Part shown: one piece after another, positions 13,501-26,194 of the stretch
Layout of the letters: each line of letters starts with the position of its first letter
How positions within the stretch are numbered: the stretch's first letter is position 1
DNA from: a bacterium
GTDB lineage: Bacteria; UBA8248
Reading direction: 5' to 3'
DNA length: 64,000 bases
NCBI GenBank assembly: GCA_965213685.1
Contig: CBDBZY010000056.1
Coordinates: 29,324 to 93,323, forward strand
The notes under the pieces: generated by a model
Seen by the model: only the letters and a program-made list of their open reading frames with translations
Databases searched by the model: none
Told to the model about the DNA's origin: nothing
Position numbers and translations under genes: made by a program

Positions 13501-14867
13501 AAGAGAATGAGGATTATAATCCTGTTCTTGCAACTGATCTTCTTCAACAACTTTTCAAAGGAATTGATGGTCATAGCCGAGATATTCCTTTTACTGAAGA
13601 GTACAAAGTTGATATGGCTCTTACTGTGTGTGGGTTTGCACTCAAAAAGTTGCAAGAAGTTGTAGAAATTGCCAGGAAAAAGAATGATCCAGTTGAGTAC
13701 CTGGAACGGGAAATGAAAGGGCCACTTTTCAGAATATTTAAAGATGAATACTATCAAATAGCTGAGGAGGTCACAGCTGCTTCTGCAGTTTGTGATCTAC
13801 TTTTGCGCTCAGTAAAGAAGGAGGTCATTAGCTCATTGAGCCCAGACATTGTCACCAGTATGAAAGGTAGTAAGGGTTTCTTTCACACCAAAAAGGGTTT
13901 GAAAGCAAAAATTCTTCTCGATATTGGGGAAGATCTTGATCATTGTAAGGGAAGAAATTTTGAGGACTGTAGGCTTTACCTCAAAGAGATAGATGCTAGT
14001 CTTCAAGTTTGGGTTAGACGCTACACTGAACAGCATTGTAGTGAAGGTAATCCATCAAGGCTTGCAATAATTGCCACAGACAAATTAAACACTGTTGTGT
14101 CAAATACAAAAAGAGCAGTAGTTTCTGTTACAAATGAATTTTTGGTAAAAGGCGGTGAGTTCAAAATTACACAATGGTTGAGTAAGTTTCACAGTATCCT
14201 AAATGAAAGTGGGAACTTACAACTAGATTTGACAGAATTGCTGCAACTTGGAGGTGTGCGTCAGTTACGAAATCTTACGTATTTCACAGAAGAACTTAAC
14301 AAAGGGCTTGATAACTTGTATTCCACACTTACAGCAGAGTTTGAGGATATGTCTGTTGCTGAAATACAAAAGTGGCAAACAAGACCTAATGATATTTTGT
14401 TTGAAGAGCTTGCAGGGTGTACTGAGCAATGTCCGTTTTGTAAAGAGCAATGTGATCTCACTGACAAAAACCACTTCCATTCCAGTAGTACAAGTGCTGA
14501 AGAAGCCCACAAGCACAGTGTGACCCTGCATCGTCCTTCTTGTCTTGGGGGTTTCAGATGGGTTAAATCTAATAAAATGATTTTGGATATATGCACTTCC
14601 TTGGTTGCCAGTGATTATAGGTTTCGGGATCTTAAAACAAAGTTAGAGTTTCATCCGTACAAGGAGTACTCAAAGTTCTATCCAGAATGGTCTATCACAG
14701 ATGACACATCACAGAAAGCTTCACTGTACTGGAAGTGGTTAGTAGGAAATTATAAAAAGAAAATTGCTGCAGAGTTTGCGATGGAGGAATGCGAAGTTCC
14801 TAGTGAGTGGAAGCAGCTGAAGTGGAGTGATGTTAAGAACAGCTTAAAGGATGCATACAAAGTGTAG
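7528..14867 (+). CDS. Interferon-induced very large GTPase 1 / URGCP-like protein (VLIG family); large terminal exon of about 2445 codons
   Basis: Uninterrupted 2453-aa ORF; G1 GLQSSGKST (11940), GRCTRGAFMQL, G3 DTEGLRA (12099), HDNELATFVIGLAN, C-terminal GCTEQCPFCKEQC; polypyrimidine-AG acceptor at 7526-7527, so the ORF-track Met is probably intronic. Confidence 0.92.
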
Positions 14868-15769
14868 TGTGAGACAAAACAAATGAGTGTAGGAAATACA
14901 TTAGACTGCAGTTGTAACCACAAAACTATTAGTATAGTCATTTTGTAGGCTTTCATTTTGGTATACCTTACTAGTTTTTATTCCTTTAGACATATATAAA
15001 CCTTGCTCATTATTCACTTGTTTAGACATATATAAACCTTGCCCATTATTCACTTGTATACTCCAAATTGTACACAAACATTTACAAGGATCTAGGCATT
15101 TGAATTTGGGAAGAAAACTGTACATTGGTTCTCAGGGTGATAGTCACATGTCTGGATATTTTGTGCCTGATGGCTTGTGTACTAGATAGTGTTTATTCCT
15201 ATTACACCTAGCTAGTTCTCTGCATGGCTTCCAACTGCCAGAGAATGTCTGGGACAGTCACTGATTTTGCTCCATGCAGAACCAGAGATGTCCAGTAGAT
15301 AAGACTTTCTGCTTAGCTGACATTTAACTAATAGATAGATCAAGGGTTAGGAATAGAGCACAACACCTGCAATTTCTTTTAGACAGGATGATCAGTGTTA
15401 TGTTCAGAGTGGAATTCAGATGAACACATTGTCAAACCAGTCAATGATGGTGATTATTTTGTACTCCTGGACATGAGTTGTGTGGTAAGGTATCACAAGA
15501 ATACTGAACAAGTGTAAGGAATATTCAACCAAGTCTTATTTAAAGATCATGGATTATCTAGTACTTACTACAAGAGTGTATTTTAGCTGTATCTAATTTC
15601 TCACATGTGACAGTCGCCAATTTAGCCGCAGACTTTGTTTTCTTTGTGCCTGAAAGGAGTGCGAGTGGGTATCGTCTTACTCCACCATACTATTGTACAA
15701 CAGACAATACACAAGTAACCCCACCTCTACATCATTTATTTACTGTATGATGCTCCCACTATTTTCAGC

Positions 15770-15868
15770 AAGAAGAAGAAGAAGAAGAAGAAGAAGAAGA
15801 AGAAGAAGAAGAAGAAGAAGAAGAAGAGGAAGAGGAAGAAGAGGAAGAGGAAGAGGAAGAGGAAGAGA
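15770..15868. repeat. (GAA)n/(GAAGAG)n microsatellite
   Basis: Seen directly. Confidence 0.95.
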
Positions 15869-16772
15869 ATATATATAGCTCATCTTAGGTGGGGTGTGAG
15901 AACTGATTAATCAAGTCACTGTGGTTCTTTTGTAAACACTGTCACTGTATTCCAAAGTAAACATGCATGAAGGCATTATCAGTATGGTACAGACAAGTAT
16001 GTTCTACTTCCAGGAAAGTGTTCTTCAGATCCAATATCTTCATAAAAACATTGCAGATCACTGTATGTTTTACCTCTTTCAACTTCTGTGTGAGTACCAC
16101 TTAGAATATTTAATAGATGACTGTGAAATGCTATCAAGTTGTAAGTGTCCGAGACATAGTCTAGGACCAATGCCTATAATACCATGGTAATAATTGTTTA
16201 GATGCCATACCTTGCATGACAAGTATTTATGAACGATACCAAGGCATGAGATATGAGCAGTAGTTTGGCATTAGATGAGAGTGATTCAGCTGAAGATGTG
16301 AAGGAGGAAACAGATACGCAGGATTCTTAGTGAAGCACCTGAAGCATGGAAAACATTCATAGTTGTGTGAGGGTTACTGTACTTGCTTTGTCTGTGTGTG
16401 TCCGCTACCACTCCCGCGGCACACATCGCTTTTACGCTCTAGGAGGTATATACAGGCTTGTATAGATTTTATCTCAAATTTCCTTGCGTTCAAGAGTTCA
16501 GGCATCGTTTGCCTACCGTGATTACTGCCGCGCTATTGCAGCGATCCATGGCTCTTTTTTCGACTATGTAAGCTTTTCCAGTTGCAGTGAAGCCAACGGT
16601 ACGCTAAACTTGCGTAGAATGCTTGTCAGCATTGCCAAGTAGTGGCTAAACTGTGCTGCTCTACAGTTCAGTTTCCGTATTTGCTCGGAACTTCTACGTT
16701 CAATACACGCAGTTGTAAGTTTCTGTATACTTCGTTGTAATGCTCCGCTACGTGCACATGTGTAGAATACAG

Positions 16773-16883
<111 letters not shown>

Positions 16884-17101
16884 TGTACAGTTCAACTTAG
16901 TGCATTGCATGTAATCAAGTGTGTATGTAGCAGTTACATTTGTATCAACCTGTCAAGTAATTAATGCATTAAAGGGCAGGTCACAGTAATTGTCTTGTGT
17001 GATCAACATTGCATGTATGCAAGCATGAATGTAGTTTGTGACTTTTTACCAAATGGTTAACACAAAAAGCACTTGAATCTGCATAAACCTTGCCCAGCTT
17101 A

Positions 17102-17180
17102 TCAGAGAGTCTCTAAACTCATGTAGGGATGGTGCTGACACACCCATACTCTGTACACACTAATACAAAAGCCTCCTAAA
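17102..17180 (+). mobile_element. Family 1 head fragment; the body probably resumes at about 22070-22590
   Basis: A|TCAGAGAGTC..ATGTAGGGATGGTGCTGACACACCCAT; 22070 onward (ATTCCAGTG..CCAATGATACCCCCCAAG) matches the consensus shortly downstream. Confidence 0.65.
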
Positions 17181-17332
17181 CCGTAAGGGTGGTCAGACAT
17201 CATGAATATTAATGAGGCGGCTGGTTGCTATGGGATTATATTTCGGAAAGTATGCTAGCTATGAATGCTACGATTGCGCCATTATAATGTCTGCATGCAC
17301 TACTGCTGATACACAAAGCTTCAGAACTCTTG

Positions 17333-18672
17333 CTAAAAGAGACCTTTTGGTGGCTGCATGGAAACAAAGTTAATGCCCATGGTTACAGGGAACTTGTGTG
17401 TACAGACTGCTAAGGAGATGTGTGGACATAATTTTATTGATTGTTGCCAGCTGCTCCTGCACCAGTGGGGAAGAGAGTGGAAAGGCACAGGAGAAGTAGC
17501 CTTCCGTAGTAAACTCATTGATGGGAGTTCCTCTGATGGATGGCCACAAGAGTGTTGTAGATGAAGTATCCACAAGTTGGCTGGATTTCCGCTGCTAAAC
17601 TGAATGCCTCTTGCTCCATCATTGAATGGATAGCAACAGGACTGTGTAAGGTGGGATTTGTGGCAGTCAAGGTCATCTGCTGCTGGCTCGTCATTCTCTT
17701 CAGGCTGTCTAGTGCAACAGAGGCAAGATTTGAGAGATTGCCATCTTGTGGTAGTCGGGCATGTGCACTCTGATCGATGCAACCATGGTTGGCATGATAG
17801 TACATGATGTGAGTTACCAACCACTGAAGAGCTACAGCCCTGCACACACAAAAGTCCTGATATGAGTGTTTGGCACCTTGCTTACTCACAACAAAGATGT
17901 GTAGCTCAGAGGATGTCTGAGGAAGTCAATGGGTAAATGATACCACATCTTGGGGCAGTAAGTAACACGCCCATCGTAGCCATACTGTCCTGGAGGCAAC
18001 CTGTATATGGACACGATAGGTGCAATCAACATCTCTTCACCTCGCAGCATTAAACTGAAAGTGCATGAAGCAATACATGAATATGTATATCAAATGTCAG
18101 TGTGGGTGTGTTCAGACTAAGACACACCTACATACTGTGGTATTAGACAGGAGTATGTAACATCCACTAGCCTGCAGCTGAGGAGGAACAGGGCCAGGAT
18201 TCATGTTGTTTGCACCTTGGGAATTTGCTTGTCCTGTGTACAGTGTACACACACTCAGTGAAATTGGCTTTGACACTCATTCCGGGGAATCTCTCCAGAC
18301 AAGTACTGCACTTGGAAACCTTACGTGCCACCAACCGTGCTTCTCTAGCTTTGGAAGTCGACTGGGCAGCACGATGAGCCCTAACGCGAATTCTCCGTCT
18401 TTCTAGTACGGCCGCTTGTCTAGCTTGAGTGGGCAGCATGACGAACCTTATCGCGAAGTCTCCGTCTCACTAGTCTCGCTGGAGACGAGGCCTGGTTGTA
18501 ACAGGCAGCTGCCTAGCTCCCTCGCTCGCTCTCTTCCGGAGGCATGGCCTGGTTGAAAGGTGTAGTTCCTTCCGCCTAGCTGCAGTCCTCGATCTTCGGA
18601 TGTGATCTAGCCGGCTTTACGTTTGCGCGTAGCGCGGGGGCACCCAGGGCCCAAAAGGACGTACGATATAAA
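17333..18672 (-). pseudogene. Degenerate Helitron-like Rep/helicase 5' region (DUF6570-type), copy 1
   Basis: Frameshifted pieces CSTCLERFPGM, EEMLIAPIVSIYRLPPGQYGY and QDFCVCRAVALQWLVTH are paralogous to copy 2; shared upstream motif CTTTACGTTTGCsCGTAGCGCGGGGGC at about 18615 and 20662. Confidence 0.7.
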
Positions 18673-18825
18673 ACTAGTGGAATGCGTAGCATTGTGGGCA
18701 AGCGGGAGCGACCCTGCCCCCAGTGGCAGAGTGTGCTGTGTGTAGCATAGAGAACATTAGAGTTATAGTATTTGAATTATAGTATTGAGTTGTAGTTAGG
18801 AAAGGGTTAATGAGTTGGAAAACAG

Positions 18826-20810
18826 TTCTTGATGGTACAGCGACAGGGACAAATGACTGTGGCAGTTGGGCGTCACACGATTCATCCTCTGCTGCTGCAT
18901 CACTTGTCGCTTGGTGATCAGTGGTTGAAGTATCTGGTGAGAGGCTGGATTCAGTTACAGATGTAAAGGTGGCCATGTTCTCATCGTGTGGGAGCTGCTC
19001 TAGTGCATTGGTGTCGATGGTCACACCCAGTGCACGGTAGTACTGGTTGTTGGAGAGCAGCCATTGCAGTGCTCGGAGCACTACAGCTCGTCTGACCCGG
19101 AAGTCACGGTGGGTGTGGTTGGCTCCCTCCTTTCTCACAACTATGACATCCAGTTCACGTGGTAGCCTTGGTAAACTCTGGGCAAAGGTAGCCACATCTT
19201 GGGACAGGTTGATGACATGCCCACTGTATCCATACTGCCCCTGTGGGAGTCTGTACACTGACATGATGGGCATAACAGCAGAGATGAGCATCTCCTCCAC
19301 CTGGGACAGCCCCTACAGACACAATCAGATAAGAAATTTAATTTTGAGTGACCCAAAATGAGGTAAGTAGGGTGAAAAGATATTTGATAAGAGTGCATGA
19401 CCTAAAAATAGTTACAGCTTACCATCAGCTCCACTGGTACAGGTCCAGGATGCATGTTGTTCTCTGTAGAGAATGCCTTGGGGCTTTGCTGATCCCTGTT
19501 GCACCGAATGCACTCAGTTCCAGCTGGGGTGATCCTGATCGTCATGCCAGGAAACCTCTCCATGCATGTCACACATGTAGACACATGTAGGCCAGCCATT
19601 CCGGAGTGGAACTTGTTCATCTTCGAGTGAACAACTGGCTGGTGAAGGAGAGGCTGGACAGAGGAGAGGGATACGGCCCACTGCATGTGTCCCTCCCTGT
19701 CATGACAACGTCGTGTTTCAGTCTCTTGTTGAGTCTCTGAAGTAATGCGCTGTCGCTGGCAGGTTCTCAGTCGTTGTAGTCGAGCCTTTCTCTCCTCGGG
19801 GGTTTCTTTAGCCAGTCGTTGCTGCTGTTCAAGTCGTACCTGCTGCAGGCGGGCCTCTCTCTCCTCAGGGGTTTCTTCAGCCAGTCGTTGCTGCTGTTCA
19901 AGTCGTACCTGCTGCAGGCGAGCCTCTCTCTCCTCAGGGGTTTCTTCAGCCAGTCGTTGCTGCTGTTCAAGTCGTACCTGCTGCAGGCGAGCCTCTCTCT
20001 CCTCGGGGGTTTCTTCAGCCAGTCGTTGCTGCTGTTCAAGTCGTACCTGCTGCAGGCGGGCCTCTCTCTCCTCGGGGGTTTCTTCAGCCAGTCGCTGCTG
20101 CTGTCTAAGTCGCACCTGCTGCAGGCGGGCCTCTCTCTCCTCGGGGGTTTCTTCAGCCAGTCGCTGCTGCTGTCTAAGTCGTACCTGCTGCAGGCGGGCC
20201 TCCCTTTCTTCGGACAGCTCTGACTGAGCTTGTCTCCGCTGGTAAGCGTGTCTCAATTCCTGCAGACGCGCCTGCCTCGCTTCGGTGGACTGGGCGGTAC
20301 GTCTTGCTCTCTCTCGAGCTCGGCGTCTTGATAGACGCGTTTCCCTTTCTTCTGCACTCTCTGTAGCGAGACGTTCTCTCTCGCGAGCTCGGCGTCTTGA
20401 TAGGCGCGTTTCCCTTTCTTCTGCACTCTCTGTGGCGAGATGTTCTCTCTCTCTAGCTCGGCGTCTTGATAGGCGCGTTTCCCTTTCTTCTGCACTCTCT
20501 GTAGCGAGATGTTCTTTCCTTCGAGCTCTGTCACGAGCTAATCGCCGCTCTCGAGCTTCCATGCGTTCAGAAGCAGGATGCTGTTGGTCGTCGGCAGCAA
20601 ACTTAATCCTGCTGGGCTTGGCTATAACTTGTAAGCACATGAAGATGACGTAACCGAGCCGTCTTTACGTTTGCCCGTAGCGCGGGGGCCCGCGGAGGCC
20701 TAAAAGCAGTGCCGGTCCGTCGTATGAAATAAATAAATAAATAAATAAATATATAGAGGGGGGCTCCGTTTGCACGACTAGGCTGGGGCTCGCTCCCGCT
20801 CGCCCAATTA
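18826..20810 (-). mobile_element. Helitron-like element 5' part: 23-aa STPR-like repeats, CxxC..CxxC and a DUF6570-type domain; 3' truncated, no HUH or helicase present
   Basis: ORF 19402-20640 has 69-bp repeats (ETPEEREARLQQVRLEQQQRLAE); a GT-AG intron at 19313-19422 joins PVPVELM|GLSQVEEMLISAVMPIMSVYRLPQGQYGYSGHVINL; terminus TAATTGGGCGAGCGGGAGCGAGCCC. Confidence 0.8.
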
Positions 20811-20815
20811 ACATA

Positions 20816-21987
20816 TCAGGGAGTCGGTAGACTCTCTATGTAGGGATGGCGCCGACACTCCCATAGTGCGCGTACATAGGAAAGCCTTCTTAACTCGCGA
20901 ATACTCGCGTTTTAAGCCTTTCTCGGCACGCGAATAGCCTATTCAACCGCTTCTCTACCCAACGATACCCCACAAGTAGCTAGAATGCATTTCTTGACTT
21001 ACTGCCAGATAATGGACGAAAGGTGATTTTGTTTTCCTTTTTTATTCTTCTTCTTCTTACGAGATTTCTTTCAAACGACTTTACTCGAAAGTGGCTGAAG
21101 TAATCACCATAGTTCTTTCACAGATCCACTGTAATCACTACGAAGTATGATCTGTGCTAACAAAATGTTAGTATCTTCTCTACTATGGGCAGAATCTAGA
21201 ACCCCAGACAACTTTACCATATTTGGAAGCCATTTTCAAATAATTATTGTCACGTGGCGCAAATTGTAAGCACGTGAGGGCGGGGCTTGCAAAGCCACGC
21301 CTATTAATTTCTCGATGGCAAAGGTTTGTCACTGAAGAGAGCGCGTTCTTACTTCGCCGTACAATTGTACAACGAACGTCAATGTAACTGGTATGAGTTA
21401 GCTAGTCAGATAGACTGAGGAAACTACTCTAGCTCAGGACTTTTTAGAGGGGCTCAGCCAGGCTCCCAACTTCGTAAGTGACAGAACACGAGGTTTACCC
21501 ACTCGTATCTCCGCCGCTGACTAGTAGCAATGGCTGCTCTGATCACTGATATGTTTGTTGGATTTTGAATGAAACTTGCAAGATCATTTTGTGTACTATT
21601 GTACAAGAAAAAGTACACAAACAAGTATGAAAAACATTTTCCAAAAATGTAGAGGGATGTAGGGATGGCAGTGCCAAAAACCACAGAAACTAGGTGTAGA
21701 GATGGCAGTGTACAGGCAAGACAGGTTATAAAAAGACTACACAAGCAACCCCATCCCTACATCTTTCTTTTTTCTCACCGCATGGTATTGATGTTCCCAG
21801 AATTGTCATAGCTAAACTCACAGAACAATTTCAAGGAAAAAGAAAGATGTAGGGATGGGGTTGCTTGTGTAGTCTTTTTATAACCTGTCTTGTCTGTACA
21901 CTGCCATCTCTACACCTAGTTTCTGTGGTTTTTGGCACTGCCATCCCTACATCCCTCTACATTTTTAGAAAATGTTTTTCATACTTG
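20816..21987 (+). mobile_element. Family 1 copy A (complete, young)
   Basis: A|TC head; arms 21622-21772 and 21837-21987 (151 bp, about 2 mismatches), 64-bp loop; ends TACTTG|T; near-identical to 54114-55305. Confidence 0.92.
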
Positions 21988-22993
21988 TAAATATATTAAT
22001 ATATAAAGAAACAGACAAGGGGCTATTGAGTTCAGATGAGTGGGCTCGCTTCCGCTCGCCCAATTAAATTATTCCAGTGTATCCAATGATACCCCCCAAG
22101 TTGCTAAAACGCATTGCTAGACCAACCAACGACACCAACTGAACCATCAGTTTCTTTAAAACATTTTTCAAACAGCACTTCTCAAAACTGGTTGAAGAAA
22201 TCACCATATGTTTTGCATAAATCTACTTTGGTCTATACGGAGTACAATCCTAGCAAGCACAACATTTGTACGCCTTTCTAAACTCTGGCAAACAGAAGTT
22301 AGGAGCCCCATACACTTCTTTACATTTAGAAGCCATTTCTAATACACTGTCACTTGGCACAGTTTAGTGCTGCCTGGAATTTTTTGGAGGGGTTCAATCC
22401 CCTCAACTAAAGAATGGGAGTGCCGACGCCCGCCCTTTCCACCATGCCCATGATATGTAGCAAAGGCTGTTGTGGTTGCTAATCTGTCTGAAAGTAACTT
22501 GTGAGAAGGATATCTCCCTTCAATGTGACTTGCAAAAAACACACAAATAAACAAAGAAGACTCTTTTCAAATATTTAAAGGGATGCAGGAAAGTCACTGT
22601 AGTTGATAGTGTTTAGACAGTGCTGGATTTCTCAGTTTCCTCAAAGCTGCAATCAGAAAGGTTTGATCTTTTTGTAACAGCACTACACACAGAGATTTGA
22701 AGGGTCATCACATGCAACAACATCCTAACACCAATCCAACACAGTCTATACACAGCTAAGGATCACACTTTGAAAGTAAGATTACTGATTACTGACTGGA
22801 TAGTAACCCAGAAGGGTCTCTCACTGCCATTATTTCGGTCAGGTGCATCATATGTACTTACAGTGCCATGATTTGTTACTTATGGTACCTGTGTATACTG
22901 CCTTGGTGACCCCAATGAAAGTACTGTTGGGTATTCTGGTACAAACTAGGTGCCAATAGTAGTAGGATGCTGCATGGGCCTATGTAATTATAG

Positions 22994-24133
22994 AAACATT
23001 TTCAAAAAGTGTAGAGGGATGTAGGGATGGCAGTGCCAAAAACCACATGAACTAGATTTTACATTTATGGCAGTGTGCAAGAAAGACAGATCATAGAAAG
23101 TCTACACAAGTAACCCCATCCCTACATCTCTTTTCACTTTTTTTAAACTGTACAATGCTGTTCCCATTCATCTCATAGCAGAGCTCAGAAGGATGTCCTA
23201 CTTGAAAAAACAATGTAGGGATGGGGTTTCTTGTGTAGTCTTTCTATGATCTATCTTGCTTACACTGCCATAAATGTATACATCCCTCTACATTTTTGAA
23301 TTAATACTTTTGTGCACTTTTTTGGTATCCTAATGAAGGATGTTGTTTTTACAAACGTCTATCAAATGCTAGCAAACGAATCAGCAAACACCAAAGTTTT
23401 CTGCTACATATTAAGGGCAGGGAACAGAGCCCCTTCAAAAAGTCCCAGACTTGACTAATACTTGACTAACTTCCTCACTGCATGTATGTAAACACCTGAT
23501 TCATACAGGTAGCAGCATCAAGAGGCTTGCTACATGTTGCTATCCCAGCATTGCCTGAATACTGCCACAAGACTCTACTGTGTTTCTTTACTCTTTGGTA
23601 GTGCGATTCCGACATCCTTTCTTATTTTATTAAAATCCTATATACACTTAGACTGTCAAAAGCATTGCGTAAAGTAGAAGTACGGCGGGCGTAGGGAATT
23701 ACGTCACGCACATTGTCACGTGGTATAGTACAAGTGCAATGGCGTCCAACGTTTGTACAGTATTGGAAACTCCAGCTTCCACCGAGTCGAATCGCCACGG
23801 TACGAGCATTCTGGTAGTAAAAGGCACTGCCCACACAAGATTGAAAGGGATTGGTGCAAAAGCCACAGTGATAGCTTTAGCCAGTTTTGACGTAGGCCGT
23901 TTGAAATAATCTCTAGAAGACGAAGAAGAAGAAAATGAACAAATCTAAAGTTTAGCCGTTTTCTGGCAGTAAGTCTAGCGATGCATTTTAGCCACTTAGG
24001 GGGTATTGTTCGATAGAAAAACATCGGGCTAAATGCCCAGAAAGGTTTAGAATACGAGCGTTTGCAAGTTTCGTATGTACGTGCACTATGGGCGTGCGAT
24101 GCCATCCCTACATAGAGTCTACCGACTCTCTGA
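22994..24133 (-). mobile_element. Family 1 copy 7
   Basis: Reverse head CCATCCCTACATAGAGTCTACCGACTCTCTGA|T; (GAA)n tract; palindrome about 22994-23310. Confidence 0.82.
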
Positions 24134-24340
24134 TACGGCATTGTCTACTTGCAGAGTTGTACAGTTGTGCATAATGTACTTCAAACTAAGAAAAGTATTG
24201 CTCTGCATGCACCAAAATAGTCACTTGTGTAATTGCAACCACGTACACACGTAACTGAGGTGCCAGATAAAGGAAGTGGGGTTAGTGTATCAGTAAAGTT
24301 GTGCATTAATCTCAAGCTGGTTTTGTAGCTTGGTGTACTA

Positions 24341-24550
24341 TCAGAGTTCTGATTGTAGGGATGGTGCCAACATATTTCGATGGTCATATGCCCAATGATA
24401 CCCTCCAAGTAGCTAAAATACGGCCAAACTTTTGATATGTTCATCTTTCTTCAAGCAACTTTCTCCTTTCTCCTGAAGCAGTCCTTGTAGTTTTTGCATA
24501 AATCCACTGCAATCATTGGTCATAGGTAAAATAAATCTTAGTACTGCATT
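24341..24550 (+). mobile_element. Family 1 degenerate head/body fragment
   Basis: A|TCAGAG..TGTAGGGATGGTGCCAAC..CCCAATGATACCCTCCAAGTAGCTAAAATA. Confidence 0.6.
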
Positions 24551-25072
24551 TCCGTGAAGAGATGCCACCCTTGAACAAACACCAGCCCCATTTAGGTGCT
24601 GGGTGTATTAGGGGATGTGTAACAAATAAATACTGGGCCTTGAATAGACATCAGGTTGAGTACTAGCTGAGATATGGTTCATTTTTCTCACACATACATC
24701 GTGTGGTATTCCACACTAGCAAGACCTTGCATGTTCCGGTGGCACAGAAGAGATTGTTGATGTGTTCTTCAAGTGGTGTATGCCATAGAGACTGCTGAGA
24801 AGACAAAAAAGAAGCCCCTTAGCGTAGGTGGACAAGTACATGTCAATAATAAATGCTGGTCCCATATAAATGCCAGGTATGGAGTGCTGTGAAGGAATTA
24901 AACCCTTGGGTCTTTTTGAGGAAATACAGTACCTTCCAAAATCTACTGCACAAAATTTGGAAGCCCCTAATGCTACACCACACTTGCAAAGTGGCTTATT
25001 ATTACAAATTACTTAATTTGTTGAAAAATGTCAGTTATACATTGACACACACTTGTATATTTTGTCTTACAG

Positions 25073-25179
25073 GCCACGGTTTCAAGCTGAGTCCTGTGGT
25101 GGGAAAAGTTATAGCTGAGCTGGTGATGGAAGAAAATCCCTCTTATGATTTGTCCCCTTTTAGATTGGATAGGTTCTAA
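25073..25179 (+). CDS. PIPOX: Terminal exon of a peroxisomal sarcosine / L-pipecolate oxidase (PIPOX/MSOX family)
   Basis: TTTGTCTTACAG acceptor, then [35 protein letters not shown], the characteristic C-terminus of this FAD oxidase family. Confidence 0.8.
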
Positions 25180-25747
25180 TTTTCTGTAACCATTGACTTT
25201 TGTTCATCAAATGAGTACTATTAGGGTGTGTATTGATAATTGCAAGAGTTGTGTACAAGATTGAGTTGTGGATGGTACACAAGCATCCTACACTTGACGA
25301 TGCCAGATTACTGGTAAACCGCCATTGGCTGGATAACTGGGCAAAGTGCAACTAGGCAATTAAAACCCGTCCTACGAGTTCACGGAATCACGCCTTCTCG
25401 CTCCGCGATGCTAGAATCCTGGCTGCAACAGTTACCAGACGCAATATTTTTTGCGTAGTAGACTCTACGTATGCTCGCGAGATTAACATCCCTCCACACA
25501 ATTTTTTTGGAAATGAATAATACTTGTATACGTATATGTAGCACTCAAAATTACGTGTGTATGCTTGACGTTTGTGGTTTTATACACATACGTAGTGAGG
25601 TTACGTTCCTAACTATAGACTGCAGAACAGACACTGAACTAGTAATGTCGTGTCCAACATCTATAATAGAAGCGACTGGTTGTGCTCATGAAAAGTTGCT
25701 GCATAGGGTGTTAAAAGAAATCTGGTTCATGAATACGTTACTTTATC

Positions 25748-25870
25748 AGGCATAGTTGTTAGACCAACGCGTATGTTAGACTCAGACTATCTAAGTCACG
25801 TTTCACATACGTCACTTACCAGGCATAGTTGTTAGACCAACGCGTATGTTAGACTCAGACCATGTAAGTC
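25748..25870. repeat. Short direct duplication of CAGGCATAGTTGTTAGACCAACGCGTATGTTAGACTCAGAC
   Basis: Two copies about 72 bp apart. Confidence 0.85.
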
Positions 25871-26194
25871 AACGTTTCCATCGTGACCCATGCATGCGTA
25901 TTGACACGTAGATCTAGCGGTCAAGGTCATAATGGCACTACTGTAACAACGTTCTCGAGCTCGCGCAGTCTGGAGATCTAGATCTCGTCCCCACCCCGTC
26001 ACGTGCCCTAAAACATCAATACGCATATGCAAGATGGAGGAAGTACAGAGTATTTGTTGGCATTCCCTCCTCGCTCTGTTGGTGGTGATGTTTGTAGGTG
26101 TAATGTAAGTTACATGCACATCATTCTTTCACCAAGTACTCACTGTCCTATATCGTTAGAGACGTGTGTAACATAATATGTTACATGTCAGTGT

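Noticed and set aside
19790-20210. Regular repeats resembling a CRISPR array
   Set aside because: Contiguous coding tandem repeats without unique spacers, in a eukaryotic context with no cas genes.
19745-20653. Cys/Ser/Leu-rich repetitive ORFs on the + strand and in alternative frames
   Set aside because: Shadows of the 69-bp STPR-like repeat array.
21454-21744. Near-identical 96-aa ORFs here and at 54773-55063, and similar ORFs in other copies
   Set aside because: Incidental frames within the palindromic element; not conserved in the diverged copies.
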